From the NCBI GenBank assembly GCA_934167095.1, contig CAKPKE010000002.1, positions 3,990-67,989 of the forward strand: 64,000 bases of DNA, in the 5' to 3' direction. This stretch comes from an uncultured Clostridia bacterium. Lineage in GTDB: Bacteria; Bacillota; Clostridia; TANB77; CAG-508. Below the pieces are notes generated by a model. It saw only the letters and a program-made list of their open reading frames with translations. It was not told the DNA's origin and ran no database searches. Positions 11,016 to 21,386 of the stretch are shown here, piece after piece (the first letter of the stretch is position 1; the number at the start of each line of letters is the position of its first letter). The translations under genes and the position numbers were made by a program.

Positions 11016-11084
11016 GGTATAATTTATTAGCCAATATGAACTAAAATTTAAAGTATTATGGCAATTTTGAAAGAGGTTAAATGT

Positions 11085-12161
11085 ATGGAAAAAAACAATA
11101 ATAATTTAACATTTGAGGACATAGTAAACCAAACATTAAAAAGTATAAAAAAAGGTACTGTTATTACAGGAACAATAGTTGAAATAAACGAAAAAAAAGA
11201 AATTTTTGTTGATATAGGTTATAAAGCAGATGGAATAATTCCTAAAAGTGAATTCTTTGGAGAAGAAGAGTTAAAAGTAGGAGATAAAATAAAGGTAGAA
11301 GTTTTAAAATTAAATGACGGACAAGGAAATGTTCTATTATCAAATAAACATTTAAAGCTAAAAGAAATAAAAAATTCTTTTAATGAAAAAGTAGAAAAAA
11401 ATGAAATCTTTGAAGAGAAAGTTTCAAGTGTAAATTCTAATGGCTTAATCATTCTTTACAGAAATTTAATTAGAATATTTATACCACTATCTTTATCAAA
11501 CATTCATAAAGATGAAGAAAACATTGAAAGTTATGTCGGAAAAGAAGTAAAATTCAAAATAATTGAAAATGAAGATAAAAGAATAATAGGTTCTATAAAA
11601 GTTATTACAGATGAAGAAAAAAAGAAAAAAGAAGAAGACTTTTGGAACGAAATAGAAGTTGGAAAAAAATATAAAGGAATAGTAACAAGCCTTAGTGATT
11701 ATGGAGCTTTTGTAGATATAGGCGGAGCTCAAGGTCTTCTTCATATATCTGAAATGACTTGGGGAAGAAATGAAAATCCAAGAAATATATTAAAAGTAAA
11801 TGAAGAAATACCAGTTACTGTAAAAGAGCTGGATAAAGAAAATAAAAGGTTTAAACTTTCTTATGACAAAAAAGGACCAAATCCTTGGGATAAAGTTAAA
11901 GGCAAATATAATGTAGGCGATATTGTTAAAGTAAAAATAACAAAATTAATGCCATTTGGAGCATTTGCTGAACTTGAAAAAGGAATTGAAGGTTTAATAC
12001 ATATTTCTCAAATATGTGAAAGAAAAATTACAAAGCCTGAAGAAGAGCTTGAAGTAAATAAAAAAGTCAATGCAAAAATAATAAATATTGATGAAGAAAA
12101 TAAAAAGATAGAACTTTCTATAAGAGAATTAGAAGGTACTTCAAATGAATATAAAGAATAA
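11085..12161 (+). CDS. rpsA: 30S ribosomal protein S1-like (four S1 domains)
   Basis: Repeated S1 motifs (G.V..I...G.FVDIGG..GL.HISE). AAGAGG SD before ATG 11085. Confidence 0.7.
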   Translation: MEKNNNNLTFEDIVNQTLKSIKKGTVITGTIVEINEKKEIFVDIGYKADGIIPKSEFFGEEELKVGDKIKVEVLKLNDGQGNVLLSNKHLKLKEIKNSFNEKVEKNEIFEEKVSSVNSNGLIILYRNLIRIFIPLSLSNIHKDEENIESYVGKEVKFKIIENEDKRIIGSIKVITDEEKKKKEEDFWNEIEVGKKYKGIVTSLSDYGAFVDIGGAQGLLHISEMTWGRNENPRNILKVNEEIPVTVKELDKENKRFKLSYDKKGPNPWDKVKGKYNVGDIVKVKITKLMPFGAFAELEKGIEGLIHISQICERKITKPEEELEVNKKVNAKIINIDEENKKIELSIRELEGTSNEYKE

Positions 12162-12176
12162 AAGTAGGAGGAAAAA

Positions 12177-13985
12177 ATGAATAATCAAAATATAAGAAAT
12201 ATAGCAATAATTGCACACGTTGACCACGGAAAAACAACATTAGTTGACGCACTTTTAAAACAAAGCCACGTTTTTAGAGAAAACGAGCAAGTAGCAGATA
12301 GAGTAATGGATTCAGGAGATATCGAAAAAGAAAGAGGAATAACAATTCTTTCTAAAAATACATCAGTTATGTATAATGGTGTAAAAATTAATATAGTTGA
12401 TACTCCAGGACATGCTGACTTCGGAGGAGAAGTAGAGCGTGTTTTAAAAACTGTTGATGGTGTTTTGCTATTAGTTGATGCTTTTGAAGGACCAATGCCT
12501 CAAACAAGAGAAGTTCTAAAAAAATCTTTAGCACTAAACTTAAAACCAATAGTTGTAATAAACAAAATTGATAGACCAGGAGCAGAACCTGAAAAAGCAT
12601 TAGATAAAGTAATAGAACTATTTATTGAACTTAATGCATCTGATGAGCAATTAGATTTCCCAGTTATATATGCTTCTGCAAAAAATGGTATTGCAAAAAT
12701 GAATCTAGAAGATGAATCAGATAACATAACATGTATATTTGATACAATTATAAATAAAATAGATCCACCAGCTTGTGAAATTGATGGACCAATGCAAATG
12801 CTTGTATCAAACATTGATTATGATGATTATTTAGGAAGAATTGCAATAGGAAGAGTAGAAAGAGGAATTATAAAAAATGGTATGCCTGTTGCTATCTGTA
12901 AAGAAGAAAAAAATACACAAGGAAAAATTGCAAAATTATTCACATACATGGGCTTAAAAAGAGCCGAAGTAGAAGAAGATAAAGCTGGTGATATAGTTGC
13001 AATATCTGGTATTCCAGATATAAGCATTGGTGATACAATTTGTGACTTAAATAATCCTGAAAAAATACCATTTGTAAATATAGATGAGCCAACAGTTTCT
13101 ATGACATTTAGTGTAAACAATGGTCCATTTGCTGGAAGAGAAGGCGAATTTGTAACATCAAGACACATTAGAGATAGATTATTTAAAGAACTAGAAAGAA
13201 ATGTATCTTTAAGAGTAAAAGAAACAGCTACTCCAGATAGCTTTGAAGTTTGCGGAAGAGGAGAACTTCACTTATCAGTATTAATTGAAACAATGAGAAG
13301 AGAAGGATTCGAACTTTTAGTATCTCGTCCAAAAGTTATATTTAAAGAAATAGATGGTGTAAAATGTGAACCAATAGAGCAATTAGTTGTAAATGTTCCA
13401 GATGATTCAGTAGGAACTGTAATTGAAAAACTAGGCCGTAGAAAAGCTGAAATGAAGAACATGGAACCTGCAGAAATTGGACATACAAAAATCGAATTTG
13501 AAATTCCTGCAAGAGGATTAATTGGATATAGAACAGAATTCTTAACAGACACAAAAGGTGAAGGAACAATGAACTCTATATTTGATAGATATGAACCATA
13601 TAAAGGAGAAATTCAATCAAGAACAAGAGGTGTTTTAGTAGCATTTGAACAAGGAACATCAATAACTTATGGTTTATACAATGCACAAGAAAGAGGAGAA
13701 TTATTCATAGGTCCTGGTGTAGATGTTTATGAAGGAATGATTGTTGGTATAAATTCAAGAAATGAAGATATAGCAATAAATGTTTGTAAAGAAAAACACT
13801 TAACAAACACAAGAGCTTCAGGATCAGATGATGCACTTCGTCTAGTTCCACCACTAAAACTTTCTCTAGAAAAAGCAATAGAATTCATTGGAGAAGATGA
13901 ATTAGTTGAAGTAACACCAAAAAATATAAGACTAAGAAAAATTATATTAAATAACAAAGATAGAGAAAGAGCTGCAAGAAAATAA
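12177..13985 (+). CDS. typA: translational GTPase TypA/BipA
   Basis: [27 protein letters not shown] and NKID G-motifs; full-length BipA architecture. Confidence 0.9.
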   Translation: MNNQNIRNIAIIAHVDHGKTTLVDALLKQSHVFRENEQVADRVMDSGDIEKERGITILSKNTSVMYNGVKINIVDTPGHADFGGEVERVLKTVDGVLLLVDAFEGPMPQTREVLKKSLALNLKPIVVINKIDRPGAEPEKALDKVIELFIELNASDEQLDFPVIYASAKNGIAKMNLEDESDNITCIFDTIINKIDPPACEIDGPMQMLVSNIDYDDYLGRIAIGRVERGIIKNGMPVAICKEEKNTQGKIAKLFTYMGLKRAEVEEDKAGDIVAISGIPDISIGDTICDLNNPEKIPFVNIDEPTVSMTFSVNNGPFAGREGEFVTSRHIRDRLFKELERNVSLRVKETATPDSFEVCGRGELHLSVLIETMRREGFELLVSRPKVIFKEIDGVKCEPIEQLVVNVPDDSVGTVIEKLGRRKAEMKNMEPAEIGHTKIEFEIPARGLIGYRTEFLTDTKGEGTMNSIFDRYEPYKGEIQSRTRGVLVAFEQGTSITYGLYNAQERGELFIGPGVDVYEGMIVGINSRNEDIAINVCKEKHLTNTRASGSDDALRLVPPLKLSLEKAIEFIGEDELVEVTPKNIRLRKIILNNKDRERAARK

Positions 13986-14125
13986 TTTATATAGTAAAAA
14001 CAGGCATTAAAAATTAAAATGCTTGTTTTTATTTTCTGTAAACCTTGCAAGAGTAAATGTTTATATGATATAATAATAAACGATTAAAATAGTTTGAAGC
14101 CTTGAAAGAAAGGGAAAAAATAAAA

Positions 14126-14719
14126 ATGAATGAAGAAGAATTACTAAAAATAAAACAAGATGCATTAGAACGACATATTCCAATAATAATGGATGATACC
14201 CTAGAAGTAATTGAAAAAGAGTTAGAAAAAAATAAACCAGAAAAAATACTAGAAATTGGTGCGGCTGTAGGATATTCTGCAATGTGTTTTTCTAAATATT
14301 TAAAAGAAAATGGCAGAATTGATACAATAGAAAGAGACGAAGAAAGAATTAAAGAGGCAAAAGAAAATTTTAAAAAAGTAGGAGTAGAAGATAAAATAAA
14401 ACTTTATGAAGGTGATGCAGTAGAAATATTACCTACTTTAAATGATAAATATGATATGGTATTTATTGATGCAGCAAAAGGAAAATATCCATTTTTCTTA
14501 GGCGAAGCTTTAAGAATGTTAAAAGAAGATGGAGTAATTTTTGCAGATAATATACTATATAAAGGATATGTAATGAGTGATTATAACAAACACAAGCAAA
14601 GAACTGCTGTAACTCATTTAAGACAATATATAAAAGAAACAACGCAAAATCCCAACTTAGATACAAAAATTCTAGAAGTTGGGGATGGACTTGCAATAAC
14701 AAGAAAAAAGGAGAATTAA
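14126..14719 (+). CDS. class I SAM-dependent O-methyltransferase (YrrM/TrmR-like)
   Basis: ILEIGAAVGYS SAM-binding motif and a FIDAAK block. It is followed by a U32 peptidase, as in the Bacillus yrrM-yrrN-yrrO arrangement. Confidence 0.65.
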   Translation: MNEEELLKIKQDALERHIPIIMDDTLEVIEKELEKNKPEKILEIGAAVGYSAMCFSKYLKENGRIDTIERDEERIKEAKENFKKVGVEDKIKLYEGDAVEILPTLNDKYDMVFIDAAKGKYPFFLGEALRMLKEDGVIFADNILYKGYVMSDYNKHKQRTAVTHLRQYIKETTQNPNLDTKILEVGDGLAITRKKEN

Positions 14720-14721
14720 AA

Positions 14722-15978
14722 ATGAAAAAACCAGAATTATTAGCACCAGCAGGCTCTTTTGAAAAAGCAAAAATAGCGTTTATGTATGGAGCTGATGCTG
14801 TTTACTGTGGAACATCATCTTTATCACTAAGAACAAGAGCTGATGTAGATGATGATGACTTAATAAAAACTATTGAATATGCTCACTCAATAGGCAAAAA
14901 AGTATATGCAGCACTAAATATTTATGCATGGGATACTGCTTATGACGAAATTGAAAAACAAGTAAAAAGATTATCAGAAGCAAAAGTTGATGCAATTATT
15001 GCATCTGATGGTGGTGTAATAGAAAAAATAAAAGAGATAGCGCCAGAAATTGATGTTCATGTAAGTACACAAGCAAATGTAATAAGCTATCATTCTGCAA
15101 AATTTTGGTATAACAATGGTGCCAAAAGAGTAATTCTAGGAAGAGAAGCATCAGGAGAGCAAATTGCAGAAATTATGAAAAATAAACCAGAAGACCTAGA
15201 AGTTGAAATGTTTATCCATGGTGCACTTTGCTGGGCATATTCTGGAAGATGTTTCTTAAGTGAATATTTATCAGGAAGAAGTGCTAATTTAGGCGACTGT
15301 TCACAAAGTTGCAGATGGGCATATAATATGTACTTAGAAGAAAAAAATAATCCAGGAAATTTAATGCCAGTTGAAACAGATGAACACGGAACATATATAC
15401 TTTCATCAAAAGATTTATGCTTGATAAAAGAGCTTCCAAAAATAATTGAAATGGGCGTAGATAGCTTAAAAATAGAGGGAAGACTAAAAACAGAATACTA
15501 TTTAGCATCAGTTGTAAGTGCATATAGAAAAGCAATAGATGACTGTATGAATAATCCGGAAGAATATGATTATACAAAATATCTAAAAGAACTTGAAAAA
15601 GTAAAAACAAGAGGCTTAACAACATTCTTCTTCAATGACAAAAATAATAGAGATTACCAAGAATATGAAGGAAAACAATATAATCCAGATTATGAATTTG
15701 GAGGAAAAATATTAGAAGATAATCATCCTGATTTAAAGTGTTCAAATGCAGAAGATGCTACATTAATTGAAATTAGAAATAAATTAAGCATTGGTGATGA
15801 ACTAGAATTATTAGTTCCAGATGAATTAGAACCAGAAAAATTCGAAATAGTAAAATTATATGATTCTGAAACAAATCAAAGCTTAGAAACAATAAATCCA
15901 GGAAAACGTGGACAAACTGTTAAAATATCTATTCCATTTGAAGTAAAAAAAGGATGGATTTTAAGAAGAAAAAAATAA
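14722..15978 (+). CDS. peptidase U32 family protein (YrrO/TrhP-like)
   Basis: MKKPELLAPAGS...GADAVY N-terminus and the U32 signature region E.FIHGALC.AYSGRC. Confidence 0.8.
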   Translation: MKKPELLAPAGSFEKAKIAFMYGADAVYCGTSSLSLRTRADVDDDDLIKTIEYAHSIGKKVYAALNIYAWDTAYDEIEKQVKRLSEAKVDAIIASDGGVIEKIKEIAPEIDVHVSTQANVISYHSAKFWYNNGAKRVILGREASGEQIAEIMKNKPEDLEVEMFIHGALCWAYSGRCFLSEYLSGRSANLGDCSQSCRWAYNMYLEEKNNPGNLMPVETDEHGTYILSSKDLCLIKELPKIIEMGVDSLKIEGRLKTEYYLASVVSAYRKAIDDCMNNPEEYDYTKYLKELEKVKTRGLTTFFFNDKNNRDYQEYEGKQYNPDYEFGGKILEDNHPDLKCSNAEDATLIEIRNKLSIGDELELLVPDELEPEKFEIVKLYDSETNQSLETINPGKRGQTVKISIPFEVKKGWILRRKK

Positions 15979-16059
15979 TATAAAAAAGAGGCTAAGCATA
16001 AATAAGCTAATTTAAGTGTAAAAAATATACTATAAATAAGCTTATTGCAAAAGCCTCTT

Positions 16060-16926
16060 TTAAATTTTACTTAATTTATAAGAAATAGTAAATCCTAATA
16101 CTATTAAGATAAGTCCTATAAAAAAGCTAAGGCTAAGTTCAAAAGCTGGTAGCAAAACAAAAATTGAACCTAAAGTAAATCCAATAATTGATGAAAAGGT
16201 AGATGTGTGGTAATTTTTTAGCAAAAAGTCTATTAGCTTAATAAAAAATAATGAGCCTAAAAGAATTCCAATTCCAAGTGGCAATATAAAAGCAATATTT
16301 AAATTAGAAATTGCTATTATGTATTGTGAATATATTCCTAAACACATAAGTATTAAAGTATTGCTAACACCAGGAATTACAATGCCTGCAGACATTATGA
16401 ATCCACAAAAAATTAAATAATAAACATTATTTGCAATTTTATCTGATACTAATGCAAAGTCTAGTTTGTTTTCAATAAATATCATAGATAATCCAAGAGC
16501 AAATGATATAAGCATTGGAAGAATAACTTTAAATAAACTCTTTCTTGGATTAAAAACTATAAAACTATGATTCTTAGAAGAGCTATCATTTTTTATGCTT
16601 GTAAATAAAGCTGGAAGTGAGCCTAAAATTAATCCTATAAATAAAAATTTACAAATATTTTCATATCTAAAAAATGCAATTTTTATCAAATTTCCAAATA
16701 GAAAAATACCAATAAATCCGCCTATTGCAAATGGTAGTAAATATAAAAAATTCTTTTTAAAATTCTTAAAAATAGATGAACAAGCATTTAAAAGTTTGTC
16801 ATATATACCAAAAATAACACAAAATACACCAGAGCTAACGCCTGGCAAAATTGCTCCAAAACCAATTAATAAACCAATGAAAATATTTTTCAAAAATACA
16901 GCCATATAAAAATTAATTCCTTTCAT
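16060..16926 (-). CDS. DUF368-family polytopic membrane protein
   Basis: Duplicated PGVS(S/N)G/T motifs (ILPGVSSGVF, VIPGVSNTL) in an all-hydrophobic ~280-aa protein. Confidence 0.6.
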   Translation of the reverse strand: MKGINFYMAVFLKNIFIGLLIGFGAILPGVSSGVFCVIFGIYDKLLNACSSIFKNFKKNFLYLLPFAIGGFIGIFLFGNLIKIAFFRYENICKFLFIGLILGSLPALFTSIKNDSSSKNHSFIVFNPRKSLFKVILPMLISFALGLSMIFIENKLDFALVSDKIANNVYYLIFCGFIMSAGIVIPGVSNTLILMCLGIYSQYIIAISNLNIAFILPLGIGILLGSLFFIKLIDFLLKNYHTSTFSSIIGFTLGSIFVLLPAFELSLSFFIGLILIVLGFTISYKLSKI

Positions 16927-17075
16927 AAGCTAATTAATATTTTAGAAAATTACAATCTTTAATCAACTGATAAATTATATTCAAAAAAATAAAATTAATT
17001 CATTTTTATAAGGTCAGGCACGAACAAGCAAACGGCTACATATATATATCGTAGAGTTAAAAATGGAGGTGTAAA

Positions 17076-17419
17076 ATGGTTGGAATTTCATGGATAGGAT
17101 TTTTCACATTTTTACAAAGTGCGATATTTGTAGTTGGTTACATATCTAATAATAGTTTGTTTCCAGAACCGCTAAGTGCAGAGGATGAAAGCTTTTATTT
17201 AAATAAAAAGGAGAAGCGGAGATGAGGAAGCAAAAAATATTTTAATAGAAAAAAATTTGAGGTTAGTTGCTCATGTGTGTAAAAAATATAGTACTACAAA
17301 TGTAGATTTAGATGACTTAATTTCAATTGGAACAATTGGACTAATTAAAGGAATAAACAGTTTCAAACAAGATAAAGGAGTGAGGCTTTCAACCTATGTT
17401 TCAAGATGTATTGATAATG
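17076..17419 (+). pseudogene. sigK: sigK 5' segment (spoIVCB equivalent), interrupted and frameshifted
   Basis: GGAGGTG SD, then pro-sigma-K-like MVGISW...NNSLFPEPLS. The frame breaks at an extra C (17217), after which [20 protein letters not shown]...[10 protein letters not shown] continues. Homology stops at AATG 17416-17419. Confidence 0.85.
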
Positions 17420-17621
17420 CACACCTCACGTTACGGAACTATATGACGTATTCCAAGCAACATTTAAGGCACTACAAAGAAAAATACAGACAAATTATAC
17501 AATACAACTTGCAAACCCTCGCAGAACTTTACCAAAAACAAACAAGCAAACAACAACAGAAAACAAGATAAAATTTTATAGAAGACTTAAAAATATAACA
17601 CAAGAAGAACTTGCAAAACAA

Positions 17622-17957
17622 TTGGGTGTAACAAGAGATGTTATAATGAGTATTGAAAATGGGGCAAGAAAAGGAAAACGTCTATATTATGATATTGATA
17701 TTATAAATAAAATAATTGATATATTAGATATGAGAGATAAGTTCGGTAAGTCTGATACATATATAAGATTTTTAGTAGAAGATGGCAACGCACAACTAAA
17801 AGAATACAGAAAAAAGAATAATTTAAGTGTTAATAATTTTGCTAATATGATGGGTGTTGATAGAAGCACGATAAGACGTTGGGAACATTACGAGAATACT
17901 ATATCTTATGAAAACTACTTGAAATACAAAAAAATAAGAGACCTACGTTCTGTTTAA
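17622..17957 (+). CDS. double-HTH (XRE-like) protein; start codon unclear
   Basis: ITQEELAKQLGVTRDVIMSIENG and LSVNNFANMMGVDRSTIRRWE HTH motifs. The frame is open back to the element's left end (17418) with no ATG/GTG; TTG 17622 falls inside the first HTH. Confidence 0.45.
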   Translation: MGVTRDVIMSIENGARKGKRLYYDIDIINKIIDILDMRDKFGKSDTYIRFLVEDGNAQLKEYRKKNNLSVNNFANMMGVDRSTIRRWEHYENTISYENYLKYKKIRDLRSV

Positions 17958-18009
17958 ACGTAAGTCTCTGTTTGCTTTATAAGTCAAGAAAGGTTGCGAG
18001 TTATGAAAA

Positions 18010-18180
18010 TCATTTACTTAATTCCACAATTAAACTTTTTAAGATTTCTCTTTTTGTTTCTTCGCTAACGTTTAAATTAGCAATTGTTTCTATGTATAGG
18101 GTTGCTTTAATTTCTGCAATGCCCTCGTTTAATTTTTCAATACCAGATTGCTCTGATGGATAATTTATTTTAATTTTCAT
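18010..18180 (-). CDS. hypothetical 56-aa protein (below the track's size cutoff)
   Basis: ATG-to-TGA ORF MKIKINYPSEQSGIEKLNEGIAEIKATLYIETIANLNVSEETKREILKSLIVELSK, co-directional with the element's minus-strand operon; weak SD. Confidence 0.35.
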   Translation of the reverse strand: MKIKINYPSEQSGIEKLNEGIAEIKATLYIETIANLNVSEETKREILKSLIVELSK

Positions 18181-18274
18181 AATCTCACACGCCTTTTTTA
18201 AATTTTATTCGTGTTCATTGAAAATTATAATAAACTTATAAAACAATTATATTATATAATAAAAAGGACTTGAA

Positions 18275-18484
18275 TTAAAGTCCTTTTGCAATGTTTATTA
18301 AATTTGTAAGTTTTTCTACGTCGTCGTATTTCTTGTATTCTTCAAATGGTATGTCTCCAACTTCAACGTCATTGCTAAAATCAAAATATTCTTTCAATTC
18401 TTCATTGCTTTCAATTTGTTCCTCTGATAATTCTGATAGTAAATTATCAAGTTCTTCAACTAATTCTTTGTTTTTTAATTCCAT
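18275..18484 (-). CDS. hypothetical acidic protein
   Basis: AAGGTGGG SD 7 nt before ATG 18484 (MELKNKELVEELD...). A TGcTATAAT extended -10 lies upstream. Confidence 0.45.
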   Translation of the reverse strand: MELKNKELVEELDNLLSELSEEQIESNEELKEYFDFSNDVEVGDIPFEEYKKYDDVEKLTNLINIAKGL

Positions 18485-18572
18485 AATTTTTCCCACCTTT
18501 CCTTTGATAAGAATATTATAGCACCCTCAATAACCTCTTGTCTGCCCCTAAAACGAAAATTTTTAAATTTTT

Positions 18573-18929
18573 TTAATTGTGCTTGTGATAAGACTTGTAC
18601 GTCTGCAATGGTCTTCCATATTGTCCTGAAAGGTCTAATGGTCGGCAAGTAGGACACCCAAAGACTGCACCATCTTTGATAAGATTATGTTTGATTTGTT
18701 TATATACATAACTATCATTAAACATATTAAGGAATTCTTTTTTCTTTTTGTATTGCTCGTGTTCTTGCTTTAAATATTCTATTTGTGCCTTTCTTTTTTG
18801 TTCTTCGTCTATCTTCTTTAAGTAGTCGTCAATTTTATGCTCAATAGCAATGCGTATGTCTTCGTCAAGTTCAATTGATAGTCTTGTATCTGTTATTCCT
18901 AATAGTTCTAATAATTGCTTATCGTTCAT
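18573..18929 (-). CDS. hypothetical protein (coiled-coil, C-terminal CPTC)
   Basis: 118-aa ORF whose start overlaps the stop of the Xis-like gene by 11 nt (operon coupling). Confidence 0.45.
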   Translation of the reverse strand: MNDKQLLELLGITDTRLSIELDEDIRIAIEHKIDDYLKKIDEEQKRKAQIEYLKQEHEQYKKKKEFLNMFNDSYVYKQIKHNLIKDGAVFGCPTCRPLDLSGQYGRPLQTYKSYHKHN

Positions 18930-19101
18930 TTTTTACCCCCAAAGTAGAAAGAAATCTCTGTAATTCTTCTTCTGCAACTATATATTGTTTGCCTATGAAA
19001 TGTGCTTTCAATTTGTGAGATTTTATCAAGCACCTTAAATATGGAACTGGTGTTAATAGTAGTTCGCTTATTTGTTTTAACGTATAATATTTTGTACTCA
19101 T
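18919..19101 (-). CDS. excisionase-family (MerR/HTH_17-type) DNA-binding protein; candidate recombination directionality factor
   Basis: YTLKQISELLLTPVPYLRCLIKSHKLKAHFIGKQYIVAEEELQRFL matches the Xis-type winged-helix pattern; 60 aa, inside the element. Confidence 0.55.
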   Translation of the reverse strand: MSTKYYTLKQISELLLTPVPYLRCLIKSHKLKAHFIGKQYIVAEEELQRFLSTLGVKNER

Positions 19102-19426
19102 ACATATACCTCCTCATATATAAAGAGGCAAGAAGAAGCGGAAACTACAAAAAGCTATCAATAGTATGTATATAGTATAGATAAAGAATACGAACAAATA
19201 TTTGAAAAAATACCTTTAAAACGCATTTAAACACCGAAATCCGCTTCGTAGATATTAAAGACGATAAATTATATATCTGACACCGAAAAACGTCTTAAAA
19301 ACGATTTTAAGAGGTCAAAATATAGTATGGTGGGGGTTGGGTTATGAAAAAGAGGCAAAATAGAACAAAAAAGTGCTATTTACCCCAAAACAAAACGAGC
19401 AAAATAAAAAGTATATAAGCAAGTGC

Positions 19427-19720
19427 TTATATACCTATTTTAAAAACTATGTTAAAAATTATTGCAAAAAATCTTATAAAATTATATAAACATATAATTC
19501 CACAAGCACCACCAGAGATTAGAAAAATATTTTTTAATTTCTCGTTATCTTTGATAGGGTTTCCACATTTTGAGCAAACTTTTTCTCCGTTTAATATATT
19601 TCCACATTCTTCACAAGTATTTTTGCTTTTTAATTTTATTCCTTTTTTAAGTAAAATTATACTTGCTATAAGGAATACTATTCCTGTGAAAATATAACTT
19701 ATATAAAAATTCATTAACAT
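19427..19720 (-). CDS. zinc-ribbon membrane protein
   Basis: CEECGN...CSKCGNP zinc ribbon between two TM helices. Confidence 0.5.
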   Translation of the reverse strand: MLMNFYISYIFTGIVFLIASIILLKKGIKLKSKNTCEECGNILNGEKVCSKCGNPIKDNEKLKNIFLISGGACGIICLYNFIRFFAIIFNIVFKIGI

Positions 19721-19725
19721 ATTAA

Positions 19726-20091
19726 TTATTTTCCACCTTTCATATTTATTTCATATAATTGTTTTAGCATATATGCTTTCCACTCTAAAAATGGTGTACT
19801 TAAAAGTGCTACAATGACCATAAATGCACTTGGGATAAGGCAAATTAAGAAAACAACAAATGCACCACATAAAAGACCAAATAAACCAATTAGCATAAGT
19901 ATTCCAGCAAAAGCAAAGCATATAATCTTACATATCTTTGATAACTTTAAGAAAAAGTTTATGTTTTTTTCTGTTCCATTTACACCGTTTATAATACTTT
20001 CTTGCATTTCATTAGTTGCCCCACAATGAACGCATTTTTCTGCGTTTGAAGAAATATCTTTCCCACAATTTTTACATTTAATTAGTGCCAT
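19726..20091 (-). CDS. zinc-ribbon membrane protein
   Basis: N-terminal CKNCGK...CVHCG zinc ribbon followed by two TM helices. Confidence 0.5.
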   Translation of the reverse strand: MALIKCKNCGKDISSNAEKCVHCGATNEMQESIINGVNGTEKNINFFLKLSKICKIICFAFAGILMLIGLFGLLCGAFVVFLICLIPSAFMVIVALLSTPFLEWKAYMLKQLYEINMKGGK

Positions 20092-20114
20092 AAAATTTCA
20101 ACTCCTTTCACAAT

Positions 20115-20361
20115 TTATATATCTTTTTCCTCGCCTGATGGTATAAGTTTATCGTATATTGCAAATAATATTAATAGGTACAGAAAAGCGAATCCTATTG
20201 AATACATTAACCATAGAGGAATATCGCCAAGCATCATTGTAACTGATGGCATAATTTCATAAGGGTTAGACGGAAGAATAAAAGATAAAGTTATTATAAT
20301 TGCTACCCCCTACTATTGCAAGTGCTATAAATAATATTTTTGTACGTTTTATTTTGCTCAC
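20115..20361 (-). pseudogene. small membrane protein ORF split by a frameshift at a C5/G5 run
   Basis: VSKIKRTKILFIALAIVGG... shifts frame at GTAGGGGGTAGC (~20305), then continues AIIITLSFILPSNPYEIMPSV...LILFAIYDKLIPSGEEKDI*. Confidence 0.3.
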
Positions 20362-20477
20362 CCCCAAACAAGAGAAATTTTTTTCAAATTTATTATAACA
20401 CAAATTTCTTAAAAAGTACATTTATTTAATGCAGTACATTATATAAATGTTTATTGGATAATTATATGGGTGATGGT

Positions 20478-20714
20478 ATGAAAGTTAATAAAGACGACAA
20501 CAAATTCATATATGTAATTGTTGGTAAAAATATCAAAAGAATTAGAAAAGAAAAAGGACTAACGCAAGTACAACTTGCAGACTTGGTGGGCTATAATGAA
20601 GGTACAATAGCAAACATTGAAAATGATAGTTTTCAAACTTGTAGTTTAGAGTTCTTGTATGTTATCTCAAAAATGCTTGACGTACCTATGGCAGAATTTT
20701 TTAAAGAAATATAA
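20478..20714 (+). CDS. XRE-family HTH transcriptional regulator
   Basis: GKNIKRIRKEKGLTQVQLADLVGYNEGTIANIEN motif. It is divergent from the minus-strand operon; the intergenic region has AGTACATT direct repeats and an ACATTTAT/ATAAATGT inverted repeat. Confidence 0.7.
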   Translation: MKVNKDDNKFIYVIVGKNIKRIRKEKGLTQVQLADLVGYNEGTIANIENDSFQTCSLEFLYVISKMLDVPMAEFFKEI

Positions 20715-21017
20715 AAAAATAAGAGTGCCTATACATTTTGTTGTATAGACATTTTTTTATGTATATAAAAACCTCTATGAAGCAAATTCCGCTACCATAC
20801 GTTGCTTAAAATATTTTATTTGATAAATTAATTGTCTAAAAAAATAATAAGGCTTAAAATCGAAATAAAACGAGGCTATTATATAATCAGAAGCGGAATT
20901 TTACTTAAAGAGGCTATAAAAAATATTTTGAAAGAATTTTTTGCTTCGTGACTTGACACGAGGTAGATAAATAAATCTATAATATTATATATAATATATA
21001 GAATTAGTAGTAAATTA

Positions 21018-21110
21018 AGTCTTATGTAGTAATATATAATATTAACCTTATGAAAGATAAAATATATAATATAACCTTATGAAGAAAGTAATATACTTTC
21101 ATTAGGTTAT
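21018..21110. repeat. AT-rich direct repeats ending in a long palindrome
   Basis: (A)ACCTTATGAA...ATATATAATAT units at ~21018, 21044 and 21073. AACCTTATGAA (21073-21083) is inverted as TTCATTAGGTT (21098-21108). Confidence 0.6.
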
Positions 21111-21322
21111 ACTTGTATTATATTATACTTGGTATTATATTATTTTATTATATTTAGTACATTACATTAAGGAATATATATTTTTTTATATATTTATTAT
21201 ATATATTATTAAATATACTATATAGTATATATTAAAGAGAGAGAATCTAAAAATAGTATATATCTGTTATAACAAAGTACCACTCCTTATTGATATTTCT
21301 ATAAAATATTTTTTGTAATAAG

Positions 21323-21351
21323 TTTACAGATACTTTCTTATGTGATATAAT
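21323..21351 (+). promoter_or_regulatory. sigma-A-type promoter of the recombinase gene
   Basis: TTTACA, 17 nt, TATAAT with TGa extended -10, ~35 nt before ATG 21387. Confidence 0.45.
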
Positions 21352-21386
21352 ATATACATATTACACATAAAGGAAAGGTGTTAAAT

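Noticed and set aside
17972-18163. Plus-strand 63-aa ORF in the skin-like element.
   Set aside because: It has no SD and a low-complexity translation. The opposite strand carries a cleaner ATG-to-TGA 56-aa ORF (18010-18180) co-directional with the neighbouring operon.
18475-18657. Minus-strand 60-aa ORF overlapping the end of the 118-aa skin ORF and the promoter/SD of the 18484 gene.
   Set aside because: It overlaps two better-supported features in a different frame and has no SD of its own. A frameshifted continuation of the 118-aa ORF cannot be excluded but is not supported by any homology I can see.
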